A stretch of DNA of 64,000 nt from Caecitellus pseudoparvulus (taxonomy: Eukaryota > Protista > Bigyra: Bicosoecida): contig CBFFRQ010000040.1 in the NCBI GenBank assembly GCA_965644315.1, positions 62,001 to 126,000 on the forward strand, read 5' to 3'. The translations under genes were made by a program, and so were the position numbers. Shown piece by piece: positions 1 through 9,600 of this stretch. Position 1 is the stretch's first letter; the number at the start of each line of letters is the position of its first letter. The notes below the pieces were generated by a model. It was not told the origin of the DNA. It saw only the letters and a program-made list of their open reading frames with translations, and made no database searches.

Positions 1-2002
1 CCAGCCGGCTGTGCTGGTGAAGGCGCTGGGGTGCATCGCGGTGGTGGCGGCGGCGTCGGCGTCGGCCTTCAAGGCGTACTACGCGGAACTCATGCCCCTT
101 GTGTCCCAGGTCATCGTGAACCCGCCCACCGGCACCGGCTCCGCAGAGGCCACCAAGACCGTGCAGGGCAGCGCCATGGAGTGTGTCGCCCTCATGGGCG
201 AGGCAGTCGGTGCAGAGACATTCGCCCCCGATGCAAAGGTGGTGCTGAACACCCTGCTCACCATCCTCAAGGCCGGCTCCACCATGACCAACGACCCCAG
301 TCTGCGGTACCTGCAGGACTCAGTCGCGCGCATCGGCCGGGTGCTGGGCCCCGAAGCATTTGCTCCGTACTTGCCTTCCGTGCTCCCCGCCCTCCTCGCT
401 GCCGCCACCCGCAAGGTGCAAGCCAGCTTCACCGACGCCGAGGCTGAGTCGGTGTCGGCACCGTACACGGTGGATCAGGCCTCTGGCACCGTCACCATGG
501 CGCTGGATGTGCGGGGCGTGGGCGTGAAGCAGGTGACCCTGAACACCTCTGAGATGGAGGAGCGTACCCACGCCGTGAAGCTGCTGTCTGAGTACATCCA
601 GTTCATGGGCCCAGCCTTGGCGGGGCACCTGCAGGAGCTGGCAGCTGCCATGCTGCCCAACGTCTCCTACTGGTCCTCCCACACCATTCGCCGCACGGCA
701 GCGCACTGCTACGCGCGCATCGTGGGGGCTGCCGCCGCGTCCGCGCGCACATCCGGTGTGCCTGCCGGCTCCGACCCTGCCACCAGTGCGGCTTTGACTG
801 CCGTCGTGCAGATCGCGCAGGACGGCCTCGTGCCTCTGCTGAAGGAGGTGACTCGTGAGTGCAACGATGAGGCGCGCATCGCCCAGTCAGAGGCGGTGGG
901 GGATATCCTGGGCGCCCTCATGTGCGGCGGGGATCTGGAGGTGGATGAGACGCCGGAGTACACCCAGTCCAGCCGACCCTGGTTCGGTGTGCCTCTGGAG
1001 ATGGCCGTGGGCATCGTGCGAACGATGCTGGGCGTGCTGGCCAAGGACGTGGACAGCCACATGAGCACGCTGAAGGCAGTGCAGGAGGACCCAGATGCAG
1101 ATGAGACGTCCCTGGAGATGCTGGATGAGCAGCTGGAGGCCAACGACCAGGTCATCCGGCACTGCGTGGACGCCATCGGGTACCTGATCAAGGTGCACCG
1201 CGCCGCCTTCCTGCCCATCGCCGAGGCGCACGTCGTGCCGGTCATGCACAAGCTGCTGCACAGCGACATGCCAGACCACCTGAACTTCTGTGCCATGTGC
1301 ACCTTCACCGACCTGCTGGAGTGGTGTGGCGAGGGCGGGCACAAGTACACTGACGTGCTCATGCCGGCGGTGCTGACTGGCATCGGGTCTGACTACCCCC
1401 TCCTGCGCCAGTGTGCGCTCTACACGGCAGGCATTATGGCCCTGCAAGCCCCCGCTGCCATGGTGCGTATGAACGTGCTGGACGCCACGGTGCGCGGCTG
1501 CATCAGCGTGATGGGTGCGCCAGACGCCCAGGAGGAGGACAATATCCACGCCACAGAGAACGCCGTGTCCACTCTGGGCAAGCTGCTGCTGCATGTGGCC
1601 CCCCTGCAGACGTCCACGACGGGGGCTCAGCCGTCCGCTGTGGCGAATGCCGCATCTGCGTACTGGAAGGCTTGGATGCAGCGCCTGCCTCTGCGGGAGG
1701 ATGTGGAGGAGGCACGGTGGTGCAACGCCACGCTGTCCACGGCTGCCGCCACGGGGAACGCCACGATGATGGGTGCTGGCAGTCCCCCCGCGAACCTCCC
1801 CCTGGCCCTCAGCGTCATGGGCGAGGTGTTGGTGCAGGCGGGTGGCGGCGGTGGCGAGGGGGCGCTGGAGGTGGCCGACGAGCAGACCCTCGCGCGCATT
1901 GGGGCGATTTTCAAGCAGATCCAGGGCTCCGCGCCTGCCCTGCTGCAGGGGCTGAGTCCGGCGGCTCAGGCGGCTGCCGCTGCTGCCGCTTCGCGTGCCT
2001 GA
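1..2002 (+). CDS. IPO5: Importin-5 / karyopherin beta-3 (Pse1/Kap121 family), 5'-truncated by window edge
   Basis: HEAT-repeat ORF with importin-5-like segments: AFKAYYAELMP, AMECVALMGEAVG..F..DA, FAPYLPSVLP.LL, LNTSEMEE, ATENAVSTLGK, LPLREDVEEA. Stop TGA 2000-2002. Confidence 0.85.
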   Translation, partial: QPAVLVKALGCIAVVAAASASAFKAYYAELMPLVSQVIVNPPTGTGSAEATKTVQGSAMECVALMGEAVGAETFAPDAKVVLNTLLTILKAGSTMTNDPSLRYLQDSVARIGRVLGPEAFAPYLPSVLPALLAAATRKVQASFTDAEAESVSAPYTVDQASGTVTMALDVRGVGVKQVTLNTSEMEERTHAVKLLSEYIQFMGPALAGHLQELAAAMLPNVSYWSSHTIRRTAAHCYARIVGAAAASARTSGVPAGSDPATSAALTAVVQIAQDGLVPLLKEVTRECNDEARIAQSEAVGDILGALMCGGDLEVDETPEYTQSSRPWFGVPLEMAVGIVRTMLGVLAKDVDSHMSTLKAVQEDPDADETSLEMLDEQLEANDQVIRHCVDAIGYLIKVHRAAFLPIAEAHVVPVMHKLLHSDMPDHLNFCAMCTFTDLLEWCGEGGHKYTDVLMPAVLTGIGSDYPLLRQCALYTAGIMALQAPAAMVRMNVLDATVRGCISVMGAPDAQEEDNIHATENAVSTLGKLLLHVAPLQTSTTGAQPSAVANAASAYWKAWMQRLPLREDVEEARWCNATLSTAAATGNATMMGAGSPPANLPLALSVMGEVLVQAGGGGGEGALEVADEQTLARIGAIFKQIQGSAPALLQGLSPAAQAAAAAAASRA

Positions 2003-2214
2003 GGTGGCCTGTTGCGCTGTGGGTGAATGCATTGCTCTGACCGGGGTAGGGGGCACAGGCGTGAGCAGAGCGTGGTTGCCCAGCGTGCACCCATGGGCCT
2101 GCTCGGGGCAGTGCTCGGGAGGGGCGCCATGGTGTGTGTGTGTACGGGGCAGCACCCTTCCCTCCCCACGCCGTGCCTGGTTGAGGACTGTGGCCGCTGG
2201 CCGTGGCGTGACGC

Positions 2215-3225
2215 TCACACCAGCAGCAGCGCGTTGATGCAGCCGTCCAGCTCGGGGTTGTTGGTGACTTGGGCGTACTTGCCCCACACCACCTTGCCCG
2301 ACGTCGTGACGAGGCCCAGGTCTGACACGTTCACTTCGATAATGGTGCCCTTCGTGATCACGCCCAGCTGGCTGTACATGGCGGAGGAGGGGTTCTTTTT
2401 GACGCCGATGATGTCCAGCTGGAAGGTCGCCTGCAGCTCTGGGTGCGTCACGTTGGCCTTCGTGAAGCGCAGGGCCTTGGGCCGGATGAAGCGCTCGTAC
2501 TTAGGCGGCTTGCGCGTGAAGCCTTCCCCGACGAAGGTGGCCTTGCGGATGACGCGTTTCCAGGCCTTGTTGCGGCGCTTGCCGGACTTGAGCACCTTGA
2601 ACATCTCGTCATCCGCCACAGGTTTCACCTTGGGGATGGGCACAGACCACTTGCCCGCCTTCTCCTTGCGCTTCTGCTTGATGGTGTTGCTCAGCACCTT
2701 GGCCCGAGAAACGCCCTCGCGATCCAGCAGGTACGACGGCACGGCGCCCTTCGGGATCGTGTCGGCGTTGGCTGTCTTGGAGTCCTTCTCCTCGTGCATG
2801 GCGATGCTGCGCGGGCACGCCAGCGGGCAGTGCAGGCGCGTTGGCGCGGCGCACGCGCTGAGCACCCCTCAGCGTTTCATGCAGCACGCACGTCTTCTTC
2901 ATCTGGACCTTCTCCTTGTAGCGCCGCTGGTTGAACAGCTTCGCGCGGATGCCGGTGAGCTTCTTGGCCATCTTGGCGACATCGTGCGCCTTGCGGGCCT
3001 CCGCCTTGCGCCTGTGCCAGGGGCCGGAAAGCGGTGCAGCGAAGCAGCGGAACATGCCAGCCCAGCAGCACGCACGCCTTGGTGTAGAAGTCCAGGCGCT
3101 TGCCGTGGCGCTTCTGCGCCAGCTCAATGTGCTCGTTCTGGGGCTGCACAGGGGGGAAAGGGGCGACGGCGAGGGTGTGGCGCGTGCCCTGGGCGCTTCG
3201 TGCTCAGCGATGGCCGCCGCACCAT
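2215..3225 (-). CDS. NSA2: Ribosome biogenesis protein NSA2; exons 3225-3223, 3143-3076, 3011-2892, 2806-2215 (260 aa)
   Basis: Spliced product runs MPQNEHIE...[22 protein letters not shown]...[21 protein letters not shown]. Three GT-AG introns (79, 64, 85 nt) restore the frame and give 260 aa. Confidence 0.95.
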
Positions 3226-3609
3226 GTCTGTCTGCTCGTGGTGAAACGCAAGTCAATTACCGCACAGTCCTGTGCGGTGGTGGCGTGGCTCGCACGCGCC
3301 CTGCACAGCTGCAAGGGGCAGCACACGGTGCAGCTCGGCAGGTTGGAGCAGAAGGCAACCCTGCTCTGTGTGTGTCAGCACCTGGTTGTGCGTGGGGGTC
3401 GGTGGAGTTTGCCTGAGCAGGGGAAAGTGCGCCAGCACCGGGCGTGAGCGTGGTGGGGGACTGAGATGCAATGACACGTCGCTCAAAAGCAAACATTCCA
3501 CCCGTGTTGGCGTGCTGCAGGCCAGTGTGCACCCCCGGCTGGTCGCCCGCTGCCTGCCGTTGCCGTGCACTGCACACCTGCGGTTTTTGAGCCGTGCGCC
3601 AGCACCAAC

Positions 3610-6600
3610 ATGGCCAAGTCTGTGCTGGCGACGGCGCTGGCGCTGTGCGCCGCGTGCACCTTGCCGTGGCAGGTGGCTGGGATCGCCAAGATTTCCGAGC
3701 AGTCCCTGCTCCTGCCGTACCGCTCAGGGCCGCACTCGCTGCAGTACAGTCTGTCGGCGTCCCGCGAGGAGTGGGCGTGGCAGTCCACCAACACCTCCGT
3801 CATTTCCGTCTCCACCCCGGCGCCCGGCGGCAAGAGCTCCGAGGTGAACGTCACTGTCATCGCAGACACCAAGCAGCGCGCCTTTGCCATGGTGGAGGCG
3901 CGTCGTGGCGGTGCGTGGCGCCGCCGCCGCCTCGCCAGTGTTCTCAACGGTGCCTGGTGCGAGCACGCCCCCCCCCGCACCCGCTCGCACGCCCCGCCCT
4001 GCGCAGTGCACGAGCTGTCGTGCGACGTCAACGTCGGCGTGCTGCACCGCCTGACGGTGCGCACAGTCTCTGAATTCGTCTATGTGGGGCAGGAGGAGCG
4101 TGTCGAGGTCACCGCCATCGACAGCCAGGGTAACACCTTCTCCACGCTGCAGGGGCTGCCCTTCCACTGGCAAGTGGACCTGCCAGACCGCCTGGCACTG
4201 ACGCGTCTATCGGAGCAGAACACCATGGAGGTGACTCCTGCTCGGCGCCACGTGGAGGAGTCATCAGGGGCTTTCTCTGACTCCGTCCTGCTCACGGGGC
4301 TCACTCCTGGCATCGTGACTGTGTCCGCTAAGGCCTCGGATGCCGCGTACGACTCCCTGCCAGCTGCCGTCACGCGTATTACGGTCAAGGAACACCTGCG
4401 TGTCGTCCCACGAGAACAGGATGGGCCCACCTGCGTCGTGCCTGGTACCGCTGGCCGCCTGGGCCTGCAGCGGGTGCAAGCCACCCGCACCAACGTGACC
4501 CTGCCCAGCGTCAATTTCCGCTGGAGCACCCCTGACACGCAGGTGGGGCAGGTGCACCCGACCCTGGGCGCCTTCCGCATCCACCCCAACAGTGCCGGCA
4601 GCCGCGTGGTGGTGTCCGTGTCTGATCGCCGGCTGCCAGAGGAGGAGGGCGCCTCCACTGCCCTGCTGGTGCGCGACCCCACTCACGTCACCATCGGCAT
4701 GTACGCCGTGTCAGCCCCTGCCCAGGATGGCATCCGCCCGCTCCCCGTGCCGCCTATCCTGCAGGCCTCCAACCGCCTGCTGTGTGCACAGGCGGACTCG
4801 GTGGCGCCCGGGTCCCCCGCGTACACCGGCAGCCCGGATGCCGCCCCCGATGTGGACGAGCTCCTGCCCCCCACCTGCACCAATGTCGTGAGTGGCGACG
4901 GCACACCCTGGCCTGTCGTGGCGGGGGCCGTGTACGAGCTGCACCTGGGGCTGGAGGTGGCAGGGACCGCCTGTTCCGTGTGGTTGGGGGATAATGTCGC
5001 CTTCGACGTGGCCGTGTCCAGCAAGGGGGGTGCCGACCCCCCTCCCGTGCGCTTCCTGTCCTCCGACGTCGTGGAGCTGGGCGCGGGCGTCGTCATGCCC
5101 TCGCAGTGGACCTCCCATCCAAGTGGCTTCGCCCACCACGCCGCCCCAGCACCCGTCACGGAGTCACACTCGTCAGCCGAGCTCGCAGCAGCGCAGCAGG
5201 CGTGTGGCGCAGCCCCAGCCACCTCCTCCAACGCCAGCGTCGTGCGCGGCACCGGCCGCGTGCTGCGTTTCGTGGCGTGCGCCACCGGTGCCCTGCGTAT
5301 CCGGGTGGACACACGCATCGTGAAGGCCCCCCCTCTACCCCCCTCTGAACTCCCTGGACACCCCCTGGATGCGCCGGTGCAAGCCAAGGAACGCCTGGAG
5401 CCTGGGCATGGGGCAGTGCTGGGCAAAGCCATGGAGGGCGTGTACCGATCTGCGGCAGTGGCTGCTGGGGCGGCGGGGGATGCCGTGTGGACCTGGGAGG
5501 GTGGGTCGCGTCTGGACAGTTTGGTGGGAGAGGTACAGGTGCTGGCGCCTGTGGACATCGCCCACCCCGCTCTGCCCATGGTGCTGCTGAGGCCTGGCGG
5601 CGTCGCCCCTGCCACCACCTACACCGCATTCCCGTCAGGCGGCTCGGGGCAGTTCGCGTTCGGTGTTCCGTCCCGGGGCCTCCTGGCAGGCGCCGTGCCT
5701 GCCGCAACTGCCCTCGTGCAGCCATCAGCGGACAGCGAGCTGGTGGAGGACGCCTCCACCGCCATGCTCGTGAGCGAAGTGACCGACCCCTTCAACGCCA
5801 TCGTCATGCCGGTGGTGCTGGCGCTGCCGGCGGCCTTGAGCCCCCTGCCCTCAGCACTGGAAGTGCGGGTGGGAGACCGCCTGTCCGTCGCAGTGGGCGC
5901 CGTGACGCGCTCGGGCCGCGGCTTCACCAACTGCTCCACTCTGGCCAACCCCCTGTCATGGGACATTCAAACTGTGCAGCGGGGTGCTCAGCACAGCTCC
6001 ACCTGGGGCGTGTCTGGGGCGCCTGCTGCGCCTGGTGGCGACGTGGGTCAGGTGCTGGAGCCAGAGGTGTTCTCGACGGCGTGGCAGGACTACCCAGAAC
6101 AAGAAAGTGTTCCGGAACCCTGGACCACGTACAACGCGCCGCCTGCCACTGCCGATGCGCTGTGGGCGACGGTGGGGGGTGTGCCTTCTGCCGCCTGCGG
6201 GGCGGTGTGGGTGCAGGGACTGGCGCCCGGCCTGACGGAGGTGGTGGCCACGCTGGACACGCTGCAGTCCACGGTGCACGTGGGTGTGGGCATGCCCCTG
6301 CGACTGGCACACCCCTGGTCCCCCGCCCTGCCAGCCGAAGCGCCTCTACTGACAACGGCACCCACCCCCGGCCACGCAGGTGTGTACGCAGAGATGGAGA
6401 GTCCTGCTGGCATGCAAGTGCAGCCGGCCGCCTTGCGGTGGCGCTGGGCCAACACACGCACCGCCCACACACTCCTGCTGCCTGTGGGCGCCGCCTCCTG
6501 CGTCGTGCTCGAAGGGGGCATGACTGGGCAAGGCGGTGTGGGGGCCCTGCCACCCACCGCTCGCACCGTGCGTGCGACGCACTCCGTGGTGCAGGGCGCT

Positions 6601-9600
6601 CTGGACGGCATCTCTGTGCAGTGGACGTCGCAGGAACACAGCGCTGGCGCCGCTGCGCTGTCGGTGTTCCACTTGTTCGTGCAGTGCCCGCAGAAAGAGG
6701 CGGGGCCCGTGCTGCTGCGCCTGGATGTACAGGCGACCAGCGCCGAGGCAGGGGTGAACGTCACGGACAGCGTGTACACCACCCTGCACTGCGCGAGGCC
6801 TGCCTCGGTGCGACCACGCCTGGTGCGACCTGACGCGCAGTGGCACGAGTGGGGTGCAGCCCTGTTCGAGCCGTTTGCGTCCAGCCACGCCGCTGACGCG
6901 ACGTTCCAGGGCGTGCCACGCGCGGAACAGGTAGCTATTCAAGGCGTCCCATTCGTCTTTGACCCGCCCGCGGCCCTGGGCGCGGCGCACAACTCGCAGA
7001 GCAGGTATGCCGGTGCGGATTTTGACGCGGCCACTTCCTCCGTGTTGCTGCTGCAGCCGCCCGCCCAGGCCGACGGCAGCCCCCGCCACCAAGTGTACGG
7101 CGTCAGCGTGGACCTGTACTCTGCCTCCCAGCCCCCAGTGCGCTTCGCTTCGTCGTTTGGCTGGAGCGTGAACATCTCGGCAGGTGTCGGCGACATCCCC
7201 CTGCTGCCCTTCCCAGCGCCCGCAGCAGCACCCTCATCACAGTCACCGGCTGCCACCTGTGCTGCGCTGCAGCGAGTGTACGGCCTGACGCCTGACTATG
7301 CCTCCAGCATCAAGCAGCACTGCCCTGCAGAGGGTTTGGCGGAGCTGGGCAGCCCTGCGCTACCGTCGTGCGGGGCTGGGCGTGTTCCACCCACCGCCCC
7401 AGCTGCCATGGGCCGCCAGCTGGCAGAAGGAGGCGTGCTGTCAGGGAGCACCCTGGCCGCCGTCGCAGTGCCTGACGTATCAGCGGGGCGCCTTGAGCCC
7501 CTGCGCCTGGCCCTGCGTGCAACGCCCCTCACGCCGGCCGCTGGAACGGATGCCTTGCAGCACACCGCCACCCTGGGCGCTGCGCCTCGCCTGGACGTCA
7601 CTGGCGCAGACACTGCCGCGGCTGACAGCAGTGTGGGCGAGCTGTCCACCCACCTGTGGGTGTTCCAGCACCCCCGCCACCTCGTCACCCTCCCCTGCCA
7701 TTCCGGCTCCGGGGCTGCCGTGTGGAAGTGGGCGTCCGCGTCAGTTCCGCCTGCAGACACGTCAGCACAGGCAGTGTGGCCCCTGACGCTGTCTGGCTCC
7801 TCATCAGCCGTGCCCCAGCTGGCTTCAGAGCTCCTGCCCACCCCCAGAGCGGAGCGAGTGTGGTCACGCCACGCCGGGTACTGCCGAGACCCGGACGCCT
7901 TTGCTGGCGCCGGGCAACTGGATGTGCGTGGGGTGGAGCAGGCAGGCAGTGCCACGCGCCTGCTGGCACACTCGGCGGGCTCTTTGGATGCCACCTGCCG
8001 TGACATTGGCCTGGAGGCGTCTGTCGTCGGCCGCCGCCCATGCATGCACGTGCGGCGACTGCAGGTGACCGTGGCGCCGGCGGGGGGCGTGAGCATATTT
8101 GCCCAGCAAATGCTCCATGCAGCTGCCGAGACCCCCCTGCACTTGTTCGCGCTGCCCGTGGGGCGCGCGCCAGCAGACGGCAGCCGAGAGGCCGCCGCTG
8201 CTGCCGCCTTTCCCGCTTGGCAGGAAGGGGCCATGCGTGTGACGTGGAGCATCACCAACCCCAGCGTGCTGGAGGTGGTGTCCACACCGGGCGTGGATGG
8301 CGCAGGGCGCCCCATCACGACGCACACCGTGCGCGCCAACCGCGTCGGCACCGCCACCGTCGTGGCAACCATCGAGAACTGCGTGGTGCTGCCTGTGGCG
8401 CGCCGGGGTGCGCCAAGTGACTGCCCCCTGCCCCCCGCTCAGGACTGCTCCGTCGTCACTTCCAACGCCCTCACCTTCACCGTCTTCCCCGGCCTCGCAC
8501 TCATGCCCAAGCGCGTCGCCCTGCTGCCAAGCGCCTCCCTCACCCTGCAAGGCACTGCCGGGCCGGATGCGGGCGACCAGGCGGGTATGCTGTGGTCCAG
8601 CAGCAACACCACGGCTGTGGCAGTGTCTGCCAACGGCACTGTGACAGCCCTGGCTGTCGGCTGGGCCACAGTCACCTGCACGGTGCTGGGGACATCCCCC
8701 TCTGGCGAGCGCATCGTGCTGGACTCGGCCGCCGCCACAGTGGACGTGGCCGTGCCCACCGCCCTGGCCATCCACGCCGACTCCAGGCGTGTCCTGGCCA
8801 AGCAAGGCACCCGTCTGTCCCTGCGCTCGTCACGAGGCATGTCTGCCCTGTCCCTGCACGGGGTGGGCGTGAACGCGTCATGGGCACCCCGTGCCCCCGG
8901 CCTGCGCCTGGTACACCCGCCCTTCTCAGGCGGCCTGTTCACGGGGGCGGACCTGTCGGCGGCGAGCCAGTGGGTGTTGGCGGGGGATGTGGCGTCCCCC
9001 ACTCTGGTACCGGTGGAGGTGAACGTCACGCTGCTCACCACCGCGACGCCCTTCACCCCGGCTCTCACGCTGCGCTTCACTGCGACCCACACGGTGCACG
9101 TGGTGCCACGCTTGCGCCTGGTGGCGCCACTGCCCGCCGCGCCCCTGTTCGGCCGCACGACAGGCGAGGAGGCGGCAGCCCCCCCCACTACCGTGCCCTG
9201 CCCTGCTTCCGTCTGCCTGCTGCAGCTGGTGTCAGGCTCCACTGTGCAGTTCGACTTCAACCTGCCGCTGGCCGAGTTGGTGTTCGCAGTGCACAGCGTG
9301 GAACACGCCGGCATGGCCGTCACCTCCCTCACCCAGTCCGGCTGGGCGGCGCTGACGTGGGGCCAGGGCGAGAGCATCGTCACGGTCAGCCACAGCACCA
9401 GTCGCCAGCACATCCGCCTGCACATCATCGCCGCTCGCCCCGCCGCGCTGGCCCTCTCTGGCCCGGGCATGGTGCAGAGCGCTGCCGACTCACACCACCG
9501 CCTGGTGGTGCTGAGCGCCGCTGGAGCACCCCTTGCCCTGGGCACAGGCGTGTGGACTGGCCTGGCAGGGGAGCCCCCCACTGGCCCCTCCTCCACCACC

